Of a stretch of 33,661 bases of DNA, positions 1 to 9,500 are shown in pieces. A program made the translations under genes and the position numbers. This stretch comes from an uncultured Negativicutes bacterium (lineage in GTDB: Bacteria > Bacillota > Negativicutes > CTSoil-072): NCBI GenBank assembly GCA_964446265.1, contig CAYUNV010000002.1, positions 594 to 34,254 on the forward strand, read 5' to 3'. Position 1 is the stretch's first letter; each line of letters begins with the position of its first letter. The notes beneath the pieces are model-generated. The model had not been told where the DNA came from, did not search any database, and saw nothing but the letters and a program-made list of their open reading frames with translations.

Positions 1-380
1 AGCCCCATGCCCACATAAAACGCTTCCGGCACGATATCAGACAGCACTAGCGAGTAACCGCAATTCCTTACCGTTGCCAGTTCTCCCTCTGCCGCTTCTT
101 CCAGCTTATCCAGCCATGAATTCACACTCCGGATGGTTTCAGTAAAATCCACCTTACCGGTTTTAATATCGGAAATTAGTTGAAATCCCACATCAAAAGG
201 CTGTACCGTAAGAGACGGCAACTGTCCTGCCAATAACTGCGCCAGCTTCATCTGCCGCGAATGGCACTTCATGGTAATAGAAATTTCCGGTTGCTGTTGA
301 AACATCTCCTGGACTAATGCGATCGATCGCGTCAAATGTCCATAGCCAAAACCGGAAATATAAAAGACAATTTTCTTCAT
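1..380 (-). CDS. Glycosyltransferase-like protein, N-terminal part only (gene continues beyond the left window edge)
   Basis: Hand translation of the minus strand from ATG 380-378 gives MKKIVFYISGFGYGHLTRSIALVQEMFQQQPEISITMKCH..., open to position 1. The beta-strand plus G-rich GFGYGH loop is typical of GT-B (MurG/GT28-like) sugar transferases. It is absent from the ORF track because it has no stop codon in the window. Confidence 0.45.
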   Translation of the reverse strand, partial: MKKIVFYISGFGYGHLTRSIALVQEMFQQQPEISITMKCHSRQMKLAQLLAGQLPSLTVQPFDVGFQLISDIKTGKVDFTETIRSVNSWLDKLEEAAEGELATVRNCGYSLVLSDIVPEAFYVGMG

Positions 381-441
381 CGTTTCCCTATACCTCCACC
401 GGATCTTATATTTTATCGTTGCCAATAACATCATGTTTCAT

Positions 442-520
442 AAAAAAATTCGCCTAAGCCATAGACTACACCTGCATCGGCTGTGATTACCAATGCTAAA
501 TGCAGTTTACGCCTAGGCGA
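442..520 (-). terminator. Putative intrinsic terminator downstream of the nitroreductase gene
   Basis: Minus-strand RNA has UCGCCUAGG (520-512) pairing with CUUAGGCGA (458-450). An inner CUGCAU/AUGCAG helix lies between them, and a U7 run follows (plus-strand A-run 442-448). Confidence 0.45.
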
Positions 521-574
521 CTTCTTATAAATTCAGTAATTATTGTAATTTCATTTTTGACAACAAACCTGGCC

Positions 575-1387
575 TTACTTAAACTCGATCTGGAGCGGGT
601 TTCGGTCCACCAGCCTGTTATAGCGATATTGGGGATAGCCGGCAATGATAGCGCCGCTAAACTCCCTGTCTTCCGGCAAACTCAAAAGATCCAACAAGGG
701 CTTGTAGCCGGAAAACGCGCACATCTGCAAAAGTCCGACCCAACAAGTTCCTAACCCTAACGTCGGCGCATACAATTCTACATAGGTCAAGGAAGATTTT
801 GCATTGTCCCGCCCGTTTTCAAGGCCTTTAGGCGCAGTGGCGATGATCAGGCAAGGCGCGTTTCGCAAAACAGAGTCTGTTCCGCTGTCTTGAAAACGCT
901 TTAAAACTCCCGCATACCGTTTGGCCCAATAAGAACCAGCTTGCAATTGCTCCTTCATCCAGTCATTGACCAAGTTGGTAATGCCCTGCAAAATTTGTGG
1001 ATCTTCAACGATTACGTAAGATATACTCTGAAAATTGCTGGCCGTAGGTGCAAAACGGGCAATATCCATCAGTTGCATCAATTTTTCTCTCGGTACCGGT
1101 TTCTTTTCATAATTGCGAATTGACCTTCTGCTCCGCAAAAATTGGTAGGCCTTTTCGCGCTCTACGCCCATCGCATCTGTCAACGAAGTTTGCTGTGCCA
1201 ACGGCGACCGTACATTATCCAGTGCTTCATGAGGACAGGCGGCAACACAATGCCCACAGGCGATGCAATATTCAGGATCTATCGCCTGCGGCCACTCCTC
1301 CTTTAGTTGGATGATTCCGATAGGACAAACCTTTGCGCAAATTCCGCATTTTATGCATTTTTCCTGGTCTACCCGGATCAGTTCCAT
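575..1387 (-). CDS. Ferredoxin-domain (2x[4Fe-4S]) / nitroreductase-family fusion protein
   Basis: ORF 575..1396. The N-terminus carries CIKCGICAKVCP and CIACGHCVAACP, followed by the nitroreductase-fold signature RRSIRNYEKKPVPREKL...FAPTASNFQSISYVIV. The start was moved to ATG 1387, which has AGGAG 8 nt upstream. The GTG at 1396 and ATG at 1393 overlap that Shine-Dalgarno (SD) sequence. Confidence 0.8.
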   Translation of the reverse strand: MELIRVDQEKCIKCGICAKVCPIGIIQLKEEWPQAIDPEYCIACGHCVAACPHEALDNVRSPLAQQTSLTDAMGVEREKAYQFLRSRRSIRNYEKKPVPREKLMQLMDIARFAPTASNFQSISYVIVEDPQILQGITNLVNDWMKEQLQAGSYWAKRYAGVLKRFQDSGTDSVLRNAPCLIIATAPKGLENGRDNAKSSLTYVELYAPTLGLGTCWVGLLQMCAFSGYKPLLDLLSLPEDREFSGAIIAGYPQYRYNRLVDRNPLQIEFK

Positions 1388-1466
1388 GATCATCACTCCT
1401 CATCCCATTTATCGTATGGTCGTAATCTGATGAAAGCGGATCTTCACTTCGACATTCGGCAAACAA

Positions 1467-1769
1467 TCAATCTTCATCCTCTTCGTCTTCGGATTCTTCG
1501 ATATCTTCTACTTTAGGATGCAGTAGTATCCCACTCAGTGCAAAACCATCACGGAGCCCGCATTTATACATTTCCCGTTCCGCAGCGCCAACCCATTTTA
1601 CTATAGCCATTCTTAGCTCTTTTCCCTGCTCCGGCGATAAAGATTCCAGCAATATTTTTACTTTCGCCTCAGCTTCAATAACCGTTTTGCCCTTGGCTTC
1701 TTCGCCGGTCCTTTTGTAGCGAACAAAAAGGTTTTCCAACAATGTTCTTTCATGATCCTTTGTGTTCAT
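1467..1769 (-). CDS. Small hypothetical protein with an acidic C-terminal tail
   Basis: ORF 1467..1787, where the track start is a TTG. ATG 1769 has GGGAG 8 nt upstream. The product is 100 aa and ends in EDIEESEDEEDED. No family was recognised. Confidence 0.45.
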   Translation of the reverse strand: MNTKDHERTLLENLFVRYKRTGEEAKGKTVIEAEAKVKILLESLSPEQGKELRMAIVKWVGAAEREMYKCGLRDGFALSGILLHPKVEDIEESEDEEDED

Positions 1770-1923
1770 TTTCGCCACTCCCGACAATTTTATAGCACTT
1801 TCTTCTTCGTAAAAGATATGCGAGCTTTCCCTGATTGGTTATGGATGATAGGAAGAATATTATAATTAAAATATTCAATAAGCAATAATCAGTTCCTGCA
1901 AATAAGTCATAAAATTCTGTTAA

Positions 1924-3018
1924 TTATTTATTGCCGATAATTTCAATTAATGCATAGTTACGGGAACCCATGCCGATCTTTTCCGCATGTTCCAATTGAA
2001 TTGAACCGTTTTTTTCTGGGAAAGCCAATTTCCCCAGAGTATTGCCGTACGCTGCGGCTGTTAAATCCTCCGTAGCCTGATCAATGGCAACCGGATCAAA
2101 AGAGGCTAAAATACCCAAGTCCGGAATGAATTTTTCATCAGGACATTTGACAAGACAGTCGCAGTGTTGGGTCATATCGGTTAAAATGTTAAAATAAAAA
2201 CATTTTCCTGGTTTATCAATAACCGCCCCATAAGCATGTTCCGTCATGCTCTTTTGAAGATACCCTTGATCGGCGCCAAAATCGTATTTCACCGCATCAA
2301 ACCGGCAAGTCGCTATGCATTCTCCGCAACCAATGCATTTTTCCGCAACAATAAAGGCCTTGCCGCTTTGTTCAACAATCGCATCGGCGGGACACCATTT
2401 ACTGCACTTATGACAATTGGCGCACAACGCTGCGTCAACTACCGGCAATACAGCCGAGTGCTGCCGTCTTTTTCCCTTACGGCTTGCCAAACCCATGCCA
2501 AGATTTTTAATACAGGCAGCCAAGCCAGTAGAAATGCAGCCTGTTGCATGGGAGACCACAAAAAGCACATCTGCGCTTTTGACTTCTTTGGCCACATTGA
2601 CAGTCTGGTGCACCTCGCCGGGAATGGCAACTTCGTATTCCGTATTGCCAAGAAGACCGTCAGCCATAATAAACGGGGCCCCAATGTTTTCAATGCCAAA
2701 ACCCTGTCGATGCGCCTGCATGAGATGCTGCGCGGCATTATGCCGCTCGCCTTTGTATAAGGTCGATGTTTCCGTCAGAAATGGCAGTCCGCCGGTTATT
2801 TTTATTTTCTCCACTAATTCCCGGATCAATTCCGGCTTAATCCGGGTCACATTGGTTCCTTCGCCCACATGCAGCTTAACCGCAACAAAATCTTTTTGCG
2901 CAACAGTTGTCCCGGCTGCTGCGGCATCGTATAACTGTCTTAGCGCATTCGCCTGTTGAACGGCAGACACATTATTAGCCAATCGAAATAAATACACTTT
3001 TGCACTCAATTTTTTCAC
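1924..3018 (-). CDS. DUF362-type protein with a C-terminal 2x[4Fe-4S] ferredoxin domain
   Basis: ORF 1924..3102. It has a DUF362-like core (FVAVKLHVGEGTN...PFLTETSTLYKGERHNAAQHL) and Cys motifs CANCHKCSKWCP and CIGCGECIATC. The first 28 track codons look non-coding. GTG 3018 or TTG 3009 follows a GGGGTG SD, so the exact start is uncertain. Confidence 0.7.
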   Translation of the reverse strand: MKKLSAKVYLFRLANNVSAVQQANALRQLYDAAAAGTTVAQKDFVAVKLHVGEGTNVTRIKPELIRELVEKIKITGGLPFLTETSTLYKGERHNAAQHLMQAHRQGFGIENIGAPFIMADGLLGNTEYEVAIPGEVHQTVNVAKEVKSADVLFVVSHATGCISTGLAACIKNLGMGLASRKGKRRQHSAVLPVVDAALCANCHKCSKWCPADAIVEQSGKAFIVAEKCIGCGECIATCRFDAVKYDFGADQGYLQKSMTEHAYGAVIDKPGKCFYFNILTDMTQHCDCLVKCPDEKFIPDLGILASFDPVAIDQATEDLTAAAYGNTLGKLAFPEKNGSIQLEHAEKIGMGSRNYALIEIIGNK

Positions 3019-3149
3019 CCCTATGATAATTAATAGAAACGTAATTAGAAAACCCGGCTTGCGCCGAGCTAGTATAGCGACGGTGGAAGCCGCTGGTTGC
3101 ACTTATGTACACCAGACAAAATTTTATACTTTCTGGTGTACTAACAAAA

Positions 3150-4316
3150 TCAGATATAGTCGCACATGCGCCGGACTACCGTTTCGCTATATCCAAAACC
3201 AAAGACTTCCGTCTTTGTCTTCTTGCCACAGGTAACGTTCACAATCTCCCGCATAACCTGTTCACCCATTTCCTCCATCGTCTTGTCGCCCTCAAGAACG
3301 GCGCTGAAGTCCATGTCCATATTGTCGTTCATCTTAAGGAACAGATCATGGTTCGCTGTAACCTTAAGCACCGGGACAATAGGGTTGCCGATGGGATTGC
3401 CTCTGCCGGTAGTAAACACGATCAACTGGCAGCCTGCAGCCACCTTTGCCGTCACAGACAACATATCATAGCCGGGAGTGTCCATATAAATCAGACCTTT
3501 TTGGCTTGGGCGGTGGGCACATTCAACAACCTCCATAACGGGTTTAGTGCCGCCTTTATGAATACAACCCAGCGACTTTTCTTCGAGCGTTGTAATCCCA
3601 CCTGCCTTGTTGCCCGGCGAAGGCTGTCCCGAGCGTAAACTTTGGTTTACCTTCCGCAAATCCTCTTCTAGTTTCACGCAGATATCCAAGATTTTTTGCT
3701 GGACTTCCGGCGTTGCCCCCCGTCGGGCGAGGATGTGTTCCGCGCCGATAATTTCCGGCGTCTCGCTGAATATCGTCGTCCCGCCCAGATCAACCAACCT
3801 ATCACTGACACACCCCATAACCGGATTTGCAATCAAGCCGGAGGTTGCGTCTGATCCGCCGCACTCGATCCCCAGCATAAGTTCCGTCATTGGAAACTCC
3901 TCTTGCCGGCAGGCCGATGCCGCGACAACCATTTCCTGCGCCAGCTTGACTGCTTTGCAGATTGTGTTCACCGTCCCACCCTCGTCTTGTATCACTAGCG
4001 ATTGCAGCGGTTTATTGGTTTTTGCCCGGATGATCTCCGCCATTTCGCCGACACAATTCGGTTCACAACCCAAACCGACTAAAATAGTTCCGTAGACATT
4101 GGGATTAGCCGCCAAACCAACTAAAACATCCTGGGTTAGTTTTTTATTTCCTTCCACTTCACCGCAGCCGCCTTGATTCACGAAACTCACTGCCCCATTG
4201 ACTAATCCGGCAATAATACGGCAGGTTTCATTCGCACAACCAACAGTAGGCAATATCAGAACATGGTTGCGGATGCCGACCAGGCCGTCAGGCCTTCTAT
4301 ATCCATAAAAATTCAC
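3150..4316 (-). CDS. UxaA/GarD-family dehydratase, large (catalytic) subunit; SuyB-like architecture
   Basis: 388 aa starting MNFYGYRRPDGLVGIRNHVLILPTVGCANE, with GIECGGSDATSG and FTTGRGNP segments. These match my recollection of the C-terminal domain of altronate/galactarate dehydratases. Here it is encoded as a separate polypeptide. Confidence 0.8.
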   Translation of the reverse strand: MNFYGYRRPDGLVGIRNHVLILPTVGCANETCRIIAGLVNGAVSFVNQGGCGEVEGNKKLTQDVLVGLAANPNVYGTILVGLGCEPNCVGEMAEIIRAKTNKPLQSLVIQDEGGTVNTICKAVKLAQEMVVAASACRQEEFPMTELMLGIECGGSDATSGLIANPVMGCVSDRLVDLGGTTIFSETPEIIGAEHILARRGATPEVQQKILDICVKLEEDLRKVNQSLRSGQPSPGNKAGGITTLEEKSLGCIHKGGTKPVMEVVECAHRPSQKGLIYMDTPGYDMLSVTAKVAAGCQLIVFTTGRGNPIGNPIVPVLKVTANHDLFLKMNDNMDMDFSAVLEGDKTMEEMGEQVMREIVNVTCGKKTKTEVFGFGYSETVVRRMCDYI

Positions 4317-4335
4317 GGTAGATCCCTCCTAATTA

Positions 4336-4623
4336 TCAAGTACTGGAAATCGGACTGGCAATATTGTGTTCATGCACATAACTTCCCTGGCAAATATCTT
4401 GCGTGGCCACACCGATAATTTCGCCATATTTGTGCACAAATTCGTTTTTAGCGATATCCCTAACGGCAAATTTATGAAATTTAGGGATCGCTTCGATGAT
4501 GTCGACTCTGACTTTTTCGTCATTTTTTAGATACTTGCCAATATCGCCCGTTTTCAACTCGACGATGGCCGTAGCAACATCATCAGCTGCGCTGATTAAA
4601 ATAGCATTAATTTTTTCTTCCAT
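4336..4623 (-). CDS. UxaA-family small subunit (SAF domain); SuyA-like architecture
   Basis: 95 aa from ATG 4623, with a GGGGTGA SD about 5 nt upstream. ...AADDVATAIVELKTGD... resembles the N-terminal SAF domain of UxaA/GarD. A 19-nt gap separates it from the large subunit on the same strand. Confidence 0.75.
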   Translation of the reverse strand: MEEKINAILISAADDVATAIVELKTGDIGKYLKNDEKVRVDIIEAIPKFHKFAVRDIAKNEFVHKYGEIIGVATQDICQGSYVHEHNIASPISST

Positions 4624-4689
4624 ATTTTCACCCCTTTTTAACAAGAATCCCTGCAGTCTCCGACAAGAGATTACAGGGATATTTTAGTT

Positions 4690-4719
4690 ATCATAGGCAG
4701 AGTTACAATTTTGTTTCAA
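4690..4719 (-). promoter_or_regulatory. Candidate sigma-A promoter of the SAF/UxaA operon
   Basis: The minus strand reads TTGAAA (4719-4714), an 18-nt spacer, then TATGAT (4695-4690). Nested palindromes flank it at 4702-4739. A 14-bp stem-loop follows in the 5' UTR (about 4647-4680). Confidence 0.5.
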
Positions 4720-4754
4720 GCAATATTGTAACACAATATCCATAGTTGATGCGT

Positions 4755-5840
4755 TTAACCACGGTTTAGCACACATACATTTCCTTGCGGAGAGCGGCAC
4801 TGATTGCAATAAATACATTTAGACGGCGATGTATCGCCATTTTTCCATTGCTTGATTAGATATGGATCCGCCAGCAGCGGCCTGGACATCGCAACATATT
4901 CAATTGGCGTTTCCGCCAAAATAGCGCTAACCACCTCAAAAGTCCTTAAGCCGCCAATTAAAATTACTGGCACTTTAGTTTCTTCCGCCACTTGTACGGC
5001 GTACCGTTTAAAATAGGCTTCCTTCTCCGGTGAATCAATGTTCGGCCGAAAATTGCATAATTCTTTGGCCGCCCGAATACCACCGCTCACTTCAATGGCA
5101 TCGATGCCTCGTGCCGCTAACTCGGTACAGACATATAAACAATCGCTAAATTCCATACCGCCAGGAACAAAATCCTCCGCATTAATTTTAATCAACACCG
5201 CATAATCCCGGCCAACACGCTCACGGATAGCGTCGTAGACTTCGATAATGATCCGCGCCCGGTTTTCAATCGACCCGCCATATTCGTCCTGTCGTTTATT
5301 GTGCAGCGGACTTAGCCACTGGTTCAGTAAATAGCCGTGGGCAGCATGGATTTCGACGCCGTCAAAACCGCCTTGTTTGCCTCGATACGCGGCATCGGCA
5401 AATTCCGTCACTAGGTTTTGAATATCGTTCCTGCTCATTTCTTTTGGAACCACTCCGGTGCCAACTTCCGGAACTGCTGACGGCCCCCAAATCACACGTT
5501 GTTCCGGTTTAAAGGTAGTCGCAGATCCGCCATATGCCAGCTGTAATACAATGCTGCTGCCATAAGAATGTACCATAGCCGTTAACCGGCGATAATCATC
5601 TATAAATGAATCGTCACAGGCGCCGATCATTCCCGGATTTGGCTGCTCATTTTTGCTGACGAAAGCATAGCTGGTAATGATAAGACCCACGTCCCCTTCC
5701 GCCAAGGCGCGATAAACATTGAATAAGCGTTCGGTGATATGCCCGTTTTCATCCGCCATATTTTCCCATGTAGCACTCCTGACAAAACGGTTCTTCAGTT
5801 TCATATTGTTGATTGTCGTAGCATCGAATAAAGTCTTCAT
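4755..5840 (-). CDS. NADH:flavin oxidoreductase, Old Yellow Enzyme family (TIM-barrel only, Cys-rich C-terminus)
   Basis: 361 aa with the OYE hallmarks FVRSATWE and HAAHGYLLNQWLSPLHNKRQDEYGGSIENRARI. It ends with CIYCNQCRSPQGNVC, which resembles the Fe-S motif of enoate/2,4-dienoyl-CoA reductases, but there is no downstream FAD/NAD(P)H domain. Confidence 0.85.
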   Translation of the reverse strand: MKTLFDATTINNMKLKNRFVRSATWENMADENGHITERLFNVYRALAEGDVGLIITSYAFVSKNEQPNPGMIGACDDSFIDDYRRLTAMVHSYGSSIVLQLAYGGSATTFKPEQRVIWGPSAVPEVGTGVVPKEMSRNDIQNLVTEFADAAYRGKQGGFDGVEIHAAHGYLLNQWLSPLHNKRQDEYGGSIENRARIIIEVYDAIRERVGRDYAVLIKINAEDFVPGGMEFSDCLYVCTELAARGIDAIEVSGGIRAAKELCNFRPNIDSPEKEAYFKRYAVQVAEETKVPVILIGGLRTFEVVSAILAETPIEYVAMSRPLLADPYLIKQWKNGDTSPSKCIYCNQCRSPQGNVCVLNRG

Positions 5841-5903
5841 AGGATCCTCCCATAAGAATGATTAGTATGCGTCAATTTCACATTTTACACTACGGCCGCC
5901 AAA

Positions 5904-6467
5904 TTACCGGTGAAGAGCATAATGTTCCACTAAATTGCCCAGCAGGTCTGTAGCAGGTTCCACAAATGCGTCATGCATTGGCTTGACCGTGGACAAATAC
6001 CGCTTAACCGTATTCTCAAACGTGCTGCCGCGCTCCTTGATATCCCTTTCAATGCGGCGTATCAAGCGGATGTCAGGGTCAGCATCGACAAAGATCTTAA
6101 AATCTAAGATGGAGCATAGTTCCGGAATTGCCAAGACAAGGATCCCTTCTAAAATTGCTACCGATTTAGGCGAAAGCGTTGTAGTTTTATCCGTACGGCT
6201 ATGAATGCTGTAATCATAAGATGGAACTTCGACCGGCAGTCCCTGCCGCAGCTGGTTTAAGTGGGATATTAGCAATTGGCTGTCAAATGCGTTCGGATGA
6301 TCCAGGTTTTCTTTTTCCCGCTCTTCAAGCGTCATATGCGACCGGTCAATATAGTACCAATCTTGGGATAGGTAGGCAACATTTTCTTGGCCGAACCGTT
6401 CTGCAATGGTTCGGGCTACTGTTGTTTTTCCTGCTCCCGATCCCCCCGCAATACCGATGATGATCAC
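5904..6467 (-). CDS. udk: Uridine kinase
   Basis: ORF 5904..6482, where the track start is TTG. GTG 6467 has a GGGGGTG SD 6 nt upstream. It has the P-loop IGIAGGSGAGKTT and the YYIDRSH, LDHPNAFD, ILEGILV and VDADPDIRLIRRIERD blocks. The C-terminus looks shorter than canonical Udk (see findings). Confidence 0.8.
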   Translation of the reverse strand: MIIIGIAGGSGAGKTTVARTIAERFGQENVAYLSQDWYYIDRSHMTLEEREKENLDHPNAFDSQLLISHLNQLRQGLPVEVPSYDYSIHSRTDKTTTLSPKSVAILEGILVLAIPELCSILDFKIFVDADPDIRLIRRIERDIKERGSTFENTVKRYLSTVKPMHDAFVEPATDLLGNLVEHYALHR

Positions 6468-6581
6468 TCTCTGCACCCCCAATAACGCAAATTAAGGTCA
6501 CACCTCTGGTTTCTGCTTCTGATACAGCTTATTGGAATGACGGTGGATTGCCATAATGCGATCCACCGCCATTATGAGGTT

Positions 6582-9500
6582 TTAAATCTTATTCTCGCTC
6601 AAATACTTGTAATAGCGGTTGCGGTCCCTGGCATCCTGTTCCGCCTTTTTGAACAGTTTTTCCGCCTGGTCCGGATAATCTTGCGCCAACGAAGCAAACC
6701 GGGTTTCACTGAGCAGGTACTCTTTGAAGTCTGCGGTTGGTTCCTTCGAGTCCAACATAAAAGGATTTTCGCCTAACTTCTCGCGGTCAGGATTATAGCG
6801 GTAGAGCGCCCAATAACCGGCTTCGACAGCCCGTTTCTGCTGTAGTTGGGCACTGCCCATGCCCGCTTTGATGCCGTGGTTGATGCATGGAGCATATCCA
6901 ATTATCAGGGATGGTCCGTTATACGCTTCAGCTTCGGCAATGGCTTTAAGCGTTTGGTTGCGATCGGCGCCCATACAAACCTGGGCAACATAGACATAAC
7001 CGTAACTCATCGCCATCCGGCCCAAATCTTTTTTCTTCGTTTCTTTGCCGGATGCTGCAAATTTAGCAACAGCAGCCGCCGGAGTAGATTTCGAAGATTG
7101 GCCGCCCGTGTTGGAATACACTTCCGTATCTAAAACAAAGATATTGATGTTTTCACCGGAAGCCAAAACATGGTCTAATCCGCCAAAGCCGATATCATAG
7201 GCCCATCCATCACCGCCAAACGCCCAATAAGAAGGCAGGACAAAATAGTCTTTTCGTTCGTAAAGGGCCGCCAAAGCAGGATCGGCATTAAACGGCTTTA
7301 ACGCTTCTTCGAGCGCCGCAGCCCGTTCCCTCGTACCTTCTGAACGATCCATACCTTCCAGCCACGATTTAAGAGCAGAAGACAATTGGGTAGGCAAGTC
7401 ACCATGTAATACATTTCTGACCAGATTAGCCAGGTTGTTCCGAACCGCTTTTGATCCCATATAGAGGCCCAAAGCAAACTCAGCTTCATTTTCGAAGAGG
7501 GAATATCCCCATCCAGGCCCATGGCCTTTGCCGTTGACGGTATAGGCGGTAGACGGCGAGGAATTGCCCCAAACAACGACGCAACCGGCGGTATTTGCTA
7601 GAATCATCCGGTCACCATACAGCTGAGTAATCAATTTTGCATAAGGAGTTTCGCCGCAACCGGCGCAGGCGCCCGAAAACTCCAAAAACGGCTGAAGAAA
7701 CTGGCTGCCCTTCAGAGTGGTTCTCTGCGACTGCGGCAAATCTTCCACTTCGATACGTTTTAGATACTCCCAATTCTCCTCCATTTGGTCCCGATACTCT
7801 GACAATGGAACCATTTCCAACGCTTTACCCTTTACCGGACAAACCGCAATGCAGTTGCCGCAGCCTGTACAATCCAGAGCAGAGATCGCCATGGTGTAAT
7901 TTTTGTTTTCAAAACCAACCGCTTTTTTTACAGATATGCCCGCCGGCGCAGCCGCTGTCTGCTCTTCCGACAATAACTTCGGCCGCAATACGGCATGGGG
8001 GCAAACAAACGAGCACTGGTTGCATTGGATGCATTTATCCACTTTCCAGAAAGGCACTTCCAAAGAGATACCCCGTTTTTCATACTGGCTGGTACCCATG
8101 GGGAAAGAACCATTTTCCCTGCCGTTGAAAATACTCACCGGCAGCTTGTCCCCTTGTTGACGCGTTACGGGGAACATGAATTTTTCGATGAATTCAGGAA
8201 CCGGCTCGCCTTTTTTGGCCGCAGAAACGTCAACGGCAGTACGCCAAGCAGCAGGAACTTCTACGCGGACAATATTGGCAATCCCCGCATCAATGGCCTG
8301 CCAGTTCATTTCAACGACATCCATGCCCCGCTTGCCATAGCTCTTTTCCACAGAACTCTTGAGATATGCCACGGCTTCTTCTACCGGAAGAATCTTGGCC
8401 AGTTGGAAGAATGCCGCTTGCATAACCATGTTAATTCGACCGCCCAACCCCACGTCCTGGGCAATTTTAACTGCGTTGATACTATAAAATTCCACACTTT
8501 TTTCCGCAATTGTCCGCTTCAACGCGGCCGGCAGCTGTTCTTCCAACTCTTCCTGGTTCCAAACGCAATTCAGCAGGAAACGTCCTCCTGGTTTGATGTC
8601 TTCCAAAAGATCATAGGTCTGGACATATGACTGGTTATGGCAAGCCACAAAATCAGCCCGATTAATTAAGTAGGAGGATTGGATTGGTTTTTTTCCGAAG
8701 CGGAGATGGGATACTGTCAGACCGCCGGACTTTTTCGAATCATAAGCAAAATAGGCCTGTGTATATAAATTGGTATGATCGCCGATAATCTTGATTGCTG
8801 ATTTATTTGCGCTGACAGTGCCGTCAGAACCCAAGCCCCAGAATTTGCAGGCCGTTGTCCCTTCCGGAGCGGAATCAAATTCTTCTTGGTAAGGCGGCAA
8901 CGATAAGAACGTCACATCATCATGAATTCCAACCGTGAACCCATCCACCGGTTTATCCATTGTCAAATTCTTATAGACTGCCATGACATGGGCAGGTGTA
9001 AAATCCTTAGAACCAATGCCATAGCGTCCACCAACAATAAGCGGAGCGTTCTCCCTGCCATAGAAGGCGGAGCGCACATCCAAATATAATGGTTCACCGG
9101 ATGCTCCCGGCTCTTTCGTGCGATCCAGCACCGCAATCCGTTTTGCGGACTTGGGTATCGCCTCTAACAGATGTTTATTCGAGAAAGGACGATATAGGTG
9201 GACTTCCAGCAGGCCATAATTACCGCCATGCGCGTTCTGGTATTCAATCGTTTCCCTAACGACCGAACAACCGGACCCCATGGCCACTATCACATCTTCA
9301 GCCGTAGGTGAACCGTAGTAATTGAACAACTTATAGCTGCGCCCTGTAAGCTTATTAATATCATCCATATACGACTGCACAGTATCCGGTACCGGCAGGT
9401 AAAACTTATTCACCGCTTCCCGGGTTTGGAAGAAGATGTCCGGATTCTCCGTGCAGCCATGCATAACAGGATGGTCCGGGTTGAGGGCATCATCGCGAAA

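Noticed and set aside
500-754. Plus-strand 84-aa ORF spanning the nitroreductase 3' end and the spacer. Similar cases are 31070..31339 (+) and 31112..31303 (-) in the dapA leader, and 28782..29039 (+) upstream of the cyclase.
   Set aside because: They have no SD, they overlap terminator hairpins or convergent genes, and their sequences have no recognisable fold or motif.
2236-2959. Long plus-strand ORFs in the track that lie antisense to or overlap strong minus-strand genes. Examples are 2236..2760, 2417..2959, 3105..3638, 3607..4095, 7637..8128, 7995..8630, 9726..10139, 13700..14203, 14738..15166, 15510..15947, 16702..17172, 17596..18126, 25444..25785, 26184..26579 and 30063..30557.
   Set aside because: Each is embedded in a gene with clear family motifs on the other strand. 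Their products are low-complexity and rich in Arg, Ser and Cys, they lack SD sequences, and no family was recognisable. These are typical shadow ORFs.
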